Shown: positions 13,401 through 26,188, numbered from the whole stretch's first letter. The stretch is DNA of 63,978 nucleotides, filler included, from Collodictyon triciliatum (GCA_043381765.1; 7 parts of 7 records of this genome joined end to end with filler, not necessarily neighbours in it), one strand, 5' to 3'. The notes: generated from the sequence alone by a model not told the origin. A program made the numbers and translations.

Positions 13401-14491
13401 CAACCCGCTTCGCTCGGCAGACTTGTTTTTGGTTAATAATAATTCGATGGTATTTTTACCAAAAAAAAAAAAGTAAAATAAATACCTTGCAAGATTCATG
13501 TGAGTGAATAGTCGACACAACCATGGAAACATTAGGCGATGTCTCTTTGGGCAGCCAACTCAGCAGATGCGGGGCTGGTGTTCCTTGCGATGGATGCATT
13601 TGGTTGATAGCATCGATAAGGAAGACAAACTTCTCGTCCCTAAGAAAAATTAAAAATTTTCTATTGGTAGAAACAAAAAGATATATAGTAAACAATAATA
13701 TTACTTATCTTTCTCCTGAATCATCGTAAGTAACCCCTGAAGCTCCTTTTTTTCGTATTCTGGAGGCAAAATTAAGTGAACATATTAATAATTATTCAGT
13801 ATTTCAAAAAAGGGATAAAAACATGGTATTTCAAAAAAGTCAAAAAAGTCAAAAAAGTCAAAAAAGTCAAAAAAGTCAAAAAAGTCAAAAAAGTCAAAAA
13901 AAAAGGGACACCATCATACAGTTTAAAATTAATTTAGCAGTTCCCTTGAATCGAATAAAGGGAAAAAAATAATTAATTTACCAGCTTCCAGTTTTTTTGC
14001 CCGATAAAATTGGCAGTGTTTGTGACCAAAGTCCAGAAGCGAATCGAAATACTGAATAATAACAACCATTTTAATAAAAACTGCATATTGAAATAAAAGA
14101 CTTTAAATCAGAAAGAAATATAAACAAAAAACCTTTCCACGTAGTTGCTGAGATTGGTGCATCCGACAAAATGGAAAAAAACATTCAGCCCAGGATGCTT
14201 CAGCCCCTCGAGGTCTCTCGCTGCAGCAGCCATGAGCGACGATTTTCCAATCCCAGACTCGGCAGCAAGAACGATGATTTTGGACTTATCCACACCAAGT
14301 TGATTCATAGTCTGATAAATAAAAATAATTTACAGATAAGACAAAAGAAAAAAAAAAGGATATTACAGTTATTTTTATATATAATTCTATATTTTCAACT
14401 TACTTGCTCCGTGATTGTCTTGAGAAGCTCCTTTCTTCCGCCAAACCCAGCCAGTCGATGCATCTTGAACTGGTGCTGCGCTTGGTCTTCA
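7478..14491 (-). CDS. NLR-like STAND NTPase: NACHT (TEP1/NPHP3-like) - TPR array - pentapeptide repeats - 7x WD40 - 2x SEL1; multi-exon, 5' end runs into gap
   Basis: FGGRKELL; Walker A IIVLAAESGIGKSSLMA (~14235-14280); FFHFVGCT; Walker B FVFLIDAINQM; LSWLPK..PNVSMVVST; GHPLYLRIILEEI. 126-nt TPR exons follow. The terminal exon 9812-7478 encodes ANLSNSMLDGANFTGANLSGVDF, seven GH..WD repeats and two AECYE.GW.VE.D.EKG.EW SEL1 repeats. Confidence 0.85.
8113..9049 (-). repeat. Seven tandem 135-nt (45-aa) WD40 coding repeats with high internal similarity
   Basis: Recurring LEGH...VCS.QGPNGE.LASGS.D..IRIWD. Nucleotide period of 135 (for example ttccagaggccaacca at 8836 and 8971). Confidence 0.92.
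10461..11711 (-). repeat. Array of one-TPR-per-exon cassettes (126 nt, same intron phase on both sides)
   Basis: Exons 11508-11383, 11271-11146, 11034-10909, 10794-10669 and 10586-10461 are each 126 nt and flanked by AG/GT. Exon 11711-11589 is 123 nt. They encode 42-aa kinesin-light-chain-type TPRs (for example ALAEYTKSMEIRQKKVGNEHPVVASSYQ). Confidence 0.85.
13831..13898. repeat. 9-bp minisatellite (TCAAAAAAG)n in intron
   Basis: About 7 tandem copies read directly. Confidence 0.9.
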
Positions 14492-14591
14492 NNNNNNNNN
14501 NNNNNNNNNNNNNNNNNNNNNNNNNNNNNNNNNNNTTAATTAATTAANNNNNNNNNNNNNNNNNNNNNNNNNNNNNNNNNNNNNNNNNNNN

Positions 14592-14682
<91 letters not shown>
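14592..14682. repeat. (ATT)n microsatellite abutting gap
   Basis: Direct reading. Similar runs occur at 54443-54540, 62041-62195 and 62263-62350. Confidence 0.95.
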
Positions 14683-14684
<2 letters not shown>

Positions 14685-16206
14685 AGTATAATTATAATTT
14701 AGTCCAAATTGACTCACTATATATTAATGTAATGTTGTATAGCGTTTAAAGAAACACTTGGAAGTACGAGAATATGCCCATTTAAACCAACCACTGAAGT
14801 AAATCGAACATCATGCTTCCATGAAAAAAAAGGATGCAGTGGTCATGTAAACTCTGACAAATGTTTTTAAGGGAGAAAAGCTTTGAATACTTATGCTCAG
14901 TTCTAAAAGTCAGAAAATATGTGAAAGTATTATTTGCAAGTCATGTGACAATTTTTCGAAAATAATCAAACAACCAAGGTATTTACTTTGAATTTTGCAC
15001 TAGATGAGAGATTTTATTAGAAATACTTCATCAGACTATCAATAACATACCTTTCTTTTTTTTTAAAAAAAAATCAAGTTTATTAACTATTTTAACAGTC
15101 ATTAAATATTATTTTTGACCTAAAGTACACACAAATATTGCAGATAAAAGATTTCCTACCCAATCCCCATCGTATTTATGTTTGAATATGTGTTTTCATA
15201 CTAATCAATCCTGCTTAAAATTATATGTATCTTTGATTTACTTGAATTTTATTTCTAATCATTTTTAAAAGTAACTAAGCTGTTTTTTGAAAGATGTATT
15301 TTGGCAAAATTATAATTAAAAGTATATATGAAATTACATATATGACAGCATGGTGCAGCTGTGATTGATCGTTCTCATAAATCGAGCAGAAGTGTCGCCA
15401 TAATATTTTCCCATAGTTTTGTATAAAAAAATCAAAAAATTATCTTCAATTAGATTGTAACCTTGATTTTCTCATAATTACACCAAACTGTAAAGATTGT
15501 AAAAAGACAAATTTTTAAAATTCAGAATATGATGAATTCCTATAACGCACAAACAAGACAAAATCGGAAAATGAAAAAAAAATTATTGCGTCTTAATAAA
15601 TGAAGAATGTGCAATTGAAAGAAAATTGAAATATTAGTTAACGCATAAAATCTGCACATTTATTTTTTTTTATACGTCTGCCATTCAAATAATTATCTAT
15701 GACTGCTCATAAACAAAATCATGCCTTTATTTTTTTTGGCATGTATACGAAGTACACTTTCAGAGCAATTTTTTCCAATTTTCAGAAAGCACTGCATCAC
15801 AACCTGCAACTTATAATTTAAATATAACAAATGAAGTAATAATATTGCGCCTATTTTTATCCTGTTTTTAGGTCGATTTTTTACTCCATTATGAGGAAAC
15901 CAAAATTTTCTGCTATGAACATCGCGTACGACCCTATTTTTAAGCAATAATACTAGAATCAGGCTCGCAATTTATATTAAGCATTTTATCACATAAAATT
16001 TTCAAATTGTAGCAAAGTGCGAGACATATATACAGAGGGTGCCAAATACTCCAGCCACAAATATGTCAGAGGCAGTGGAGTGTTTTACAGAAAATCTTTG
16101 AGGTTAGTTATTAATTCACTAATCCAATGGTTTACTGTCATAATATCTGATAAATTGCTTTTACATCCCACTAATATTCAATCAATTTTAATATCATCAG
16201 TTTTCA

Positions 16207-19200
16207 ATGCTGCTTATCACATTCATTGCAATAACTTCGTTGGTGTCATTTACTGCTTCTGGTAAGCCCCGCAGAATGTGATTTTGTTATTTAGGGGCAT
16301 TCAATTTTCGGTACGAAAGTTTTTATGTAATCAAGTAAATTGCATAACACAAGCTGTCAATATTCTCGGGAATAATTACTTTCCATGAAAATGCAAGATG
16401 CATTTCAAATATTGCTGAATCTGTATGATGAGAGCTGCCCATTCGATTCGGAAGCACACAAAAAAACTGTCATGTCGCCCGGTTTACATGATATCTATCG
16501 AAATATATCCACATCCAGAAAAAAAGTCCTTAATAGACATGATTATTCAGGTAAGCACCATAAGAATGATAGTAATTCCCATGAAAATATTCTGTAGATC
16601 AATTTGAAAGAAACTAATATGCAATATTTGATATACTATAAAGACGTGGGCATGAAACGAGCCGGAAATATTACCAGCCAGTTAGAACTTCTAATTCAAT
16701 TTTACGATTTACTTGATGGAGAAAAATGGATCAATAATCGTGGATGGAAGGACCAATATACTCCAATTTGCGAATGGTATGGAATCCACTGCGAAGAGAA
16801 TTGCTCAAACGAAGATATACTTGTAAGTATGAAGTAATTTTAAACTTCTTGTCTTATATTCAAAAACTACTAAAATAATAATGACTAATTTTGTAAAAAA
16901 AAAATTAGATAGAGAAATAACCCCATTCCATTGTTTTGTTTTGATAGAATAATACATGTCCGATTGTCGGAATCATATTGCCAAATAATGGACTTTATGG
17001 GGGAATGGAAGCTCCAAATGCAATCATCGAGCAGCTTCCTTTCTTGAAGAACTTGACCTTAAGCTCCAATTTCATTTACGGGAATCTACCTGACTTCAAT
17101 CTTCCGAATATTTTGTATTTAAATATTCGAGGGAACCAGCTTATTGGAACAATACCAGACTTTCAGAGAATTCCACATATCTCGAATTTGATTATTGATA
17201 ATAATATGTTAAGTGGAACTGTTCCTGATTTCTCTGGAGTCACTCATGCAAGATATTTGTGGATTGGATCTAGTAGCAAATTGACTGGTAGCTCATAGTT
17301 TGTCATCTAGGAATGATAGAACTTGAAAATTGACCAGTCTTTTTTTTATAAAGGAACATTGCCTGATTTCTCTGGATTACCAACCGTTCAAGACCTTAGG
17401 ATATACGAATGCAAAATATATGGTTAAAATCCTTTTAAAAATTAAATTTCACCTTATCTCTAACATTATTCTATGTTGTAGGTACCATTCCAAACTTTCG
17501 ATACATCCCGAATGCCCTGATAGTCTTTCTTCATAGCAATGAGTTTACAGGTGATAATTAAAACTATGTTAGTAATGTTAGGCATTTGGACCTAATTAAA
17601 TAACTCAATAGGAACGATTCCAGACTTCAATGAGATTCCAAATGTCGAACAGATATCTTTATATATCAACCTATTGTCCGCCATATTTCTTTTCAAGCAC
17701 TAGCCTGATTTGTTTCGGTATTAATATAAGACCTAATAGGGCCCATTCCAAACTTTAGTAAGATAAAGAACGTCTGGTGGATATCTATTTTTTATAACCG
17801 ACTGACAGGTAAGTAAAAGTGAGGATAATTTCTAATTAAAACACTTTTTTCCTTTTTTAGATTTAAGGGAAAGGTTTTTGTATCGTTTTCTATTGTCTGA
17901 TGTTGTTATTGCGCATTGTATTCAATCAGTGGTTAATTTATTACCATAGGAACTCTTCCAGACTTTGATGGAATTCCAAACTTAAGTTTTCTTGATGTAT
18001 CAAACAATCTGTTATCTGGTAGGTCTATGTATTATTTTCAATTGATTTGTGTATCTAAATTTATTTCGAACAAAGGTAAAATCCCAAATTTTCATGGTAT
18101 TCCATGCGCGGAACATATTTTTCTTCAAGCCAATTTACTAGAGGGTGAGTTTTTTTTTCTCCTATATTCGATTCAAGTGAAGGACGGTTTTTTTTTTAGA
18201 TTTTACTGGAGGGTAAGTTTTTTTTTCCTTTATTCGATTCAAAGTACTGGAGGGTAAGTTTGAAATCACATAGTTGGATTATACAATCGGATTTTAATCT
18301 ATTTGAAGCGCAGGAGCGATCCCAGACTTTACTGGTTTTACGCAAGTTAAATCAATAGATTTATCCAAAAACAGACTTGGCGGTGAGTGACCTTGTATCG
18401 AAGCTTGAGTATCATACGTTAAATATAACACTATATATATATTCAAAATACCACGTTCAAGTACACTAAGAAACATACCTAGAAATATTATGCATTTAAG
18501 TATTTTTAATCCTGCAGGATACATCCCGGATTTTCACAACATTCCATCGATCCAAAACGTTGACATTTCTAATAACCAAATTGTTGGTAAGATAATCTTG
18601 TTTTTTTAATAGATATTGTTGTCACCTCAGATTCTTTTTTGTAGGTACAATTCCGAACTTTGGAGGAATTCCGAATATTTTATTCGTCCTCTTATATAAG
18701 AATCAGTTCAACGGTAATTTTTATATTCCCTAAATATCTTGCCAGGTACTGCAACCAAGAAAAACTGTTCATGTCGCCTATTACTTTCATATAGGAACAA
18801 TACCAAACTTCAATGGAATCTCAAAAGCACTTTCTTTGCTTTTATATAGCAATAAATTGACAGGTAAGCCTCATCAGTCCGTGGTTAAATGATTGAAGTT
18901 TAAATTCAAACATATCATGATAGGAACGATACCTGATTTTGATGGAATTATAAACATCAGAAGGCTTCAAGTAGACAGCAATCTCCTAACAGGTTGGTAA
19001 AATATATTCATGAACGAATCGGATTTTTATAAATATACTTATTTCTCCAGGACCAGTACCCGATTTCACCTATTTGGCGAGCATGGAGCATTTTTCCGCT
19101 TACAAAAACCTTGTTCAAGGAAGTGTGCCAACCTTTGAAAACTGCCCAAATTTAAAAGAAATAGTGCTCTTTAGAAACAATTTAACAGGGACCATGCCTT

Positions 19201-21597
19201 CTTTTAAGTTACTTGACTTAACGAGATTGATTTTGAGCGAAAATCATATTAGTGGCTCCATTCCAGATGAATGGGAAATACCATCAATCCAATATATCGA
19301 TCTTTCTAGAAACAAAGTGGAAGGGAAAATGCCTAAACAATTTGAAACACTTTTTGAATTGAAATCTCTCATCCTGTCACACAATTGCTTCTCTGGAAAT
19401 ATGCCCATCAAGTTCTGGAATCTACCAGACCTTGTCACAGTCGATTTAAAGAATAATTCATTTATTGAAGATGTCGGTGTCTTTGTATCTCCAATAAATG
19501 ATGAAGATGATTACAACTATTTCTACGAGAGTCTCTTGCTTGATGATAATAATCTATATGGAGAACTAAACTGGTGGATCTTTGATTACGTCTTTAATGT
19601 AAAAACAGTTAGTTTGAGAAACAATAATATCACTAAGCTCGATAATCTTACAAATTTACTCAAATGGACATCACTAGAGTTGTCTGGAAATCCAATTGTG
19701 GGAAGCATTCCAGAATCATATAGTCTTTTTTCAAAGCTAGAGTATTTAGGATTCAGTAATACATCTATGAGTCGTGGACGGGCCAATTTTCTTCCTTCTT
19801 TCATGACATACGCAATTCCTTTTAGCCTGGGTGATGATTCAAAGCTTTATTTGTGTCCTTCAATTATTTCTAATAATGGAATTATTACATTGAAAGTAAA
19901 CTTGGATCCAGGATACTATGAATATGAATTCTGTAAATGTTTGCCGGGATATTTTGGCTTCGGTGATAATTGCGTTCAATGTCCCAGAGAATGCGAATGC
20001 ACAGATGGAGTCACTTTGAATTATTGCCATGCATCCCCAAATCTGATTACGATCAAGACAATCATCTCATGCCCATACCCTCAATCTTGCAAGACATTAA
20101 TTCCAGGGAAGACTTCTAATTCCAATAAAACGGTTGAAATTACTCACTTGTGCGAGGATGGATACGAAAGTCATGCATGTTCAAAATGTAAAAGCGGGTA
20201 CGGAAGTCAAGGGAGGTCTTGTGTAAAATGTCAAAATGGGACTACATATTCAACACTGATTTTTGGCTCTATTGGTTTTTGCGTCTTCATGTCATTTTTG
20301 TATTTCTCAGAAACATCAAAATCAGGTAGCTTTATAATTTATTTCACTAATCGCACCTCAGTTATTGGCATTCATCAATAATGTTCTTGGTATTAATACA
20401 TATATATTTAGCAAAACTTGGAATAACTTTGTTTCATCTGCAAACTCTCTCAATTGTCTCGACCGGATTGAACGAGTCAGAGGAAACAAGCAGCTTTATT
20501 GACATTTTTTCATCCATCGGCTCTATTCAATTCCCAAACCTTTCCTGTGTCCTTGGGATAGATAATTTATTTGATTCTCTCTTGTTCAGTTTTTTAAGAA
20601 TTCCTGTTTTCATAATTTTTGGGTCAATTGTGTATTACCATGGACATGGACAAAAAAGAAACAAGGTAAGGAATAGTTGCATTGTTTATGTAGGCTTATT
20701 TTTTTTTGAAAAAATACATATCTATAGGCGTTCTTCATCACTATGAACCTTTTGTTCTTTATCTACTATTCCATCGCAAGAGAAGTATTCGGAGTTTTTG
20801 GATGCACTGTATATGATAATGGAGAAGCCGTTTGGTACTTGAATTTCAAACCGTGGATTCAATGCAGTCCGTCTACTTTTGAATACGCGAAACTTATTGC
20901 AATTTCTGTCCTAGTGTTTGTTGTATTCTTGGTTGGATTACCTGTTTTTGCTTGGTGGAAAGTTAATATTACGACAAAAAGTTATGGCTACGACCCAGAA
21001 GCGCGATATGGATTTCTTTACCTGGCTTACAAAAAGGTATACCTCGGTAATACATTGTCATATATAGCGATTCAGTACTTGGTATCAATTCTCAACACTT
21101 CTTTATTTTAGACCTTTCAATATTGGGAATTTGTCATAATCGCCCGTCGCATCGCATTTTCTTTTGTTCTTAGTGTGATTCCATACACTAGTCCGTCCGT
21201 TTTCTTTTTTCTTCTTGTAATCGTCATCCAGGTTAAATTTTACTTTTTTTTTTTACCTTTACAAAAAAAAACAATTTTCAAGGATATACCATAATTGACC
21301 ATATACTTACAGGGTTCAATTTGGATGCAAAAAGAGTACCAGCCGTACAAAGTTGAAATAGAAAACCAAATGGAACTAACCAGTTTGTACATCATTTTCA
21401 TCTCATTCTTACTCGCGCTTTTATCGAATCTTCTTGGATCAAAAACGTGGGTCACAGTTTTGGTAGTTGGAATGAACTCAACGTGGTTGTTGTATTTCAC
21501 GACTGTCGCATTTATAATTCCGCTCTTGAAAAAAAGTGGAATCAAAAAAAGGATTGTATCTCTGAGACGACTCAAGGGGAAATTAACATCATTATGA
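16207..21597 (+). CDS. LRR ectodomain - Cys-rich linker - multi-pass (about 7 TM) membrane receptor-like protein, multi-exon
   Basis: Signal-peptide exon 16207-16261 (MLLITFIAITSLVSFTAS), LRRNT cap (W.NNRGW...PICEWYGIHC), and plant-type extracellular LRRs (G.IP.F....L..L.L..N.L.G). Then CKCLPGYFG..C..C, CEDGYESHACSKCKSGYG, hydrophobic helices with FHLQTL, YL..PWIQC, YGFLYLAYKK|..YWEFVIIARR, QPYK..EN.ME. Stop at 21595-21597. Confidence 0.85.
17354..18992 (+). repeat. Eleven 69-nt single-LRR exons (phase 1-1)
   Basis: 17354-17422, 17482-17550, 17612-17680, 17740-17808, 17950-18018, 18076-18144, 18314-18382, 18518-18586, 18645-18713, 18795-18863 and 18924-18992. All are preceded by AG, and all except 17612-17680 are followed by GT. 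Confidence 0.9.
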
Positions 21598-21989
21598 AAC
21601 AATGCTTCCTCGAATAACATGTCCAGGATGATGACAATCCAAGAATAAAGCAAGAAATGAAAATGATATTCTTTTCCTTTTTTTTCTGTGACATGAATTA
21701 TTCCCATCGTTTTTTTTGGTCCATCAATTCATTTCATGATTTTTTCGAAGTTATGGCTTATGTTCGCTTATCTCATCGAAGTCTCTCTAGCACCACATGT
21801 GCGGTTATTGTATCGGGTGTTGTTATGGTTGTAAAAGCGACAGCCTTCCTTATAGGCGAGCCCTTTCAGCTCCTCAATCACAAATAAATCCCCATTACAG
21901 TGAAGACTGTCAATAAGGTGGTGCCTTATTCAACATAATGTTTAGAGTGCTCTAGACCGATATTTTTTAAAGCTTGAAGTGGGCACTTC

Positions 21990-23105
21990 ACCCCAATCAA
22001 AGACAACTGGACAAAATCTGGGGGAATACGCGTGAATCCTAAATTCGTTATATTTGACAAAGAGCAGGAAAAAAATGGGGAAAATACCCACCTTTGTCGC
22101 CAATCATTCAGGAGAGTCGCTGCCGTTTGGAGATACGCCCTCAATGAGTCTGACATCCCACCAACTCTCACAACAATGTGCTCTGAGTCGGATAAAGGAA
22201 AAAAAACTCACAGAAATGCATGAAATGGCAGAAAAGGTCAACCAGCCCAAAAGATCGCCACCGCCAAGCCGACCACTGCCAAACGAGCAATTACAACACG
22301 CAAAATGCTACAACACGCAACTTTGGCCACAACACAAAAGAAGCCAACTACAGCGCTGAAAGCTGGCCAAAGTCAAAACGATTCATTTTCCAATGCCAAT
22401 AGGAGAATTCGTGACGAGAGAAAGTCGTGGATGAAGTGCTTGATATCTCAGTCAAAACAGAGTGTTATGGAGGGTCCCAAAATCAATATATGGATATCAA
22501 AATAAAAAAATGGACGAACGACCTGTCGCTTTGTCTGGACGTACTTCTTCAAGTTTGTCAATCAACACGGAGGAGGCGATATCGATATGCATCAACAGAA
22601 GCCCAGCATAAATCACTGATGCGAAGCAGCCTAGTCCATCGGAACGGTTTTCCTGATTGTTTAGTGGCTTCAAAAATCCTAGACTATTGGCCTGGTATAA
22701 TTCCTCAACATTGAATATTTCGAATTAAAGGAGCTCTTTTAAAAATAATAATAACAAAAAGGAAATTCTTATGAGAACCATTTTCTAATTCCCAAGTATT
22801 ATCGCATGTCTCACGCACTCAGCTGAAGCTCAAGAGGCTGAAGGAGCTGGAAGACATCCGCCGCAGCTTCATCGCTACAGATAATCAAAAGTATAAAAGC
22901 TGGAAGCAAGCCCATATATCTCAGTTACGTCCTAAACACCGCGCCCTACTTCTCAATATCTCCAACAGAGAGCTGTGGATAGGTGCGCGCGTGTTTCATG
23001 TAGCAACGACATCTACAGAACGCTCCATGTGCCTTAGTGGAGACGACTCTATCGAACACACATTTGTGAAGTGCTCTCTTGCTCAAAAAGTGACAGAGTC
23101 TACCC
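21990..23105 (+). mobile_element. Decayed non-LTR retrotransposon (L1/Tx1-like) ORF2 C-terminal remnant
   Basis: Fragments in shifting frames: SGGIRVNPK (end-of-RT-like), KWQKRSTSPKDR (W..R.LS.kGR-like), and a zf-RVT-like WKQAHISQLRPKHRALLLNISNRELWIG...SMCLSGDDSIEHTFVKCSLAQKV running into the gap. Confidence 0.65.
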
Positions 23106-24087
23106 NNNNNNNNNNNNNNNNNNNNNNNNNNNNNNNNNNNNNNNNNNNNNNNNNNNNNNNNNNNNNNNNNNNNNNNNNNNNNNNNNNNNNNNNNNNNNNN
23201 NNNNNNNNNNNNNNNNNNNNNNNNNNNNNNNNNNNNNNNNNNNNNNNNNNNNNNNNNNNNNNNNNNNNNNNNNNNNNNNNNNNNNNNNNNNNNNNNNNNN
23301 NNNNNNNNNNNNNNNNNNNNNNNNNNNNNNNNNNNNNNNNNNNNNNNNNNNNNNNNNNNNNNNNNNNNNNNNNNNNNNNNNNNNNNNNNNNNNNNNNNNN
23401 NNNNNNNNNNNNNNNNNNNNNNNNNNNNNNNNNNNNNNNNNNNNNNNNNNNNNNNNNNNNNNNNNNNNNNNNNNNNNNNNNNNNNNNNNNNNNNNNNNNN
23501 NNNNNNNNNNNNNNNNNNNNNNNNNNNNNNNNNNNNNNNNNNNNNNNNNNNNNNNNNNNNNNNNNNNNNNNNNNNNNNNNNNNNNNNNNNNNNNNNNNNN
23601 NNNNNNNNNNNNNNNNNNNNNNNNNNNNNNNNNNNNNNNNNNNNNNNNNNNNNNNNNNNNNNNNNNNNNNNNNNNNNNNNNNNNNNNNNNNNNNNNNNNN
23701 NNNNNNNNNNNNNNNNNNNNNNNNNNNNNNNNNNNNNNNNNNNNNNNNNNNNNNNNNNNNNNNNNNNNNNNNNNNNNNNNNNNNNNNNNNNNNNNNNNNN
23801 NNNNNNNNNNNNNNNNNNNNNNNNNNNNNNNNNNNNNNNNNNNNNNNNNNNNNNNNNNNNNNNNNNNNNNNNNNNNNNNNNNNNNNNNNNNNNNNNNNNN
23901 NNNNNNNNNNNNNNNNNNNNNNNNNNNNNNNNNNNNNNNNNNNNNNNNNNNNNNNNNNNNNNNNNNNNNNNNNNNNNNNNNNNNNNNNNNNNNNNNNNNN
24001 NNNNNNNNNNNNNNNNNNNNNNNNNNNNNNNNNNNNNNNNNNNNNNNNNNNNNNNNNNNNNNNNNNNNNNNNNNNNNNNNNNNAAAA

Positions 24088-24123
<36 letters not shown>

Positions 24124-24129
24124 AAAAAA

Positions 24130-24178
<49 letters not shown>

Positions 24179-25289
24179 AAAAAAAACTAAAAAAAAACGC
24201 AAAAAAACAAAAACCAAAGCAAGAAAAACAAAAACAAAACAAAACCAAAAAAACAAAAAAAAAAACAAAAAAAAAAACAAAAAAAACAAAAAACAAAAAA
24301 AAAAACCAAACAGAAAAGCAAAAAACAAAAAAAAAATACAGAGAATGACAGAGCCGGAAGTTATTATGCTCTTGTCTTAGAGAGAAGCCCTTTACTTTCA
24401 TTCATCGATTCCTTTGCTATAGCTTTACTTGAAATTATTACGTATGTCCCTCTATTTCCTTTCTATTAATACAATTATATACCTAATAAAATGCTGATGA
24501 AATCCGAAACTTACCTAATCAACTCTCTCATCCAAAAGAAAACCCACTTGAGTTGAAACCTCGTGCTCTAACTCCTACTTGGAAGAGCTGCTTCTAGCTT
24601 CAAATCAGACGCTATACTAGATAAGCATGCAAGTATCAGAAGAAGAAGTATGCTGTGAAGGGGAAACAGTTTGTATTAATTGGCTTCTTACATATTAGCT
24701 TTCACTAGAGTCCCAGATTATTCATCGTTCCTTAATTTATTCACTTTCATCGCTACTTAGATTCTAATGTACTTGATTTTCATTTAATGCTCTCATTAAT
24801 TTTCTTCTATTTTCATTTTATTCTTTTTACTAAATATAATATTTTCCTTTTCTCTCTTAGATTTTGAAGCGCTTGTGTAATCGCTTCAGTCTCCAGCATT
24901 TACAGGAAGTTTGGTGCAACTTTCTCTCCGATGGGAAAGTATTCCCTATAAAATATTGGATATTAATTGTGCGTAGCATTTATTCGACTACAATATAGGA
25001 CTTTGGACATGAGCATTGGGAAGATAAGCGCCTCTTTATTAGTCACTTTGTGGAAAATCACATGGTATTCTTACTGTATCGCTAGAATGTACTCTTTTTA
25101 TAAAAAAAAAAAAAAGCATGATTTCAGCAATACTGATTTACCATACATTCTCTTTCAGCTGAAGAAACTGACGTTCCACCAATGCTCCGTGATGGAGACA
25201 TATCGTGTTTTTTTATCTCATCCACCTATTTTATATAAAATTCCTTATAATAAAAAAAAAAAGAAAAACTCCCGCTTTATATTTTGTAC

Positions 25290-25369
<80 letters not shown>

Positions 25370-25478
25370 TTTATTTTTNNNNNNNNNNNNNNNNNNNNNN
25401 NNNNNNNNNNNNNNNNNNNNNNTTAATTAATTAANNNNNNNNNNNNNNNNNNNNNNNNNNNNNNNNNNNNNNNNNNNN

Positions 25479-25482
25479 AGAG

Positions 25483-25542
<60 letters not shown>
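25479..25542. repeat. (AG)n microsatellite
   Basis: Direct reading. Another lies at 38423-38520 in an intron. Confidence 0.95.
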
Positions 25543-25547
<5 letters not shown>

Positions 25548-26188
25548 AAAGAATTATGGTGCATGATGAGTTGTGGAGTGATTAAAAAGACCACTGGTTA
25601 TCCCAACCGAGATACCAATAACATGGAGAAAGAAAGCGGGGGATAAAATGTGCAAGTCTGAGGCGAGCACAGGGAAGCCGAGCAACGAGACGCCTGCTTC
25701 TGCCGTGCCTGTGGTCTGCCCACTCCAACTCTGTTTTCCACAGCTTGGCGAGATATGCCTCTGCCTTCCCATATATCAGAGTCTCTCATTTATTAAGCAA
25801 AGCTGTAATCCTCGCACAATCCTTCTCTGCAGTCGCGCACATTCGGCCCACAGCAAAGTGAAGGGGGTGAGAATCAGTGCCGATGAGTGCCTGCAACATA
25901 GGAAGGAAGCAGAAGCACAAAGACCACACGACGGGAAAGTGGCCAAATCATGTCGAAAGTGATATTCCACATTTGTCTTGATTTTTTTTTTCTTATTCGC
26001 TCGCTACCGATCCAGTTTTGTAGGGTTAAGGCTCTCTTGACGTCACTATTATCCACACCTCATCACGAGTTTCGCTGACTCCGAATCGCCCTTTGTAAGA
26101 AGCAATCCGCACCCAGAAACCACCCATCCTGTTATTCGTCTGTGTGCGCGCCCCCTTTTTATCCTCCTAACACGCTGGACTCTTAGGA

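Noticed and set aside
22946-24401. Long ORFs of X/K/F; also 45018-45931
   Set aside because: They run through N gaps and low-quality poly-A sequence.
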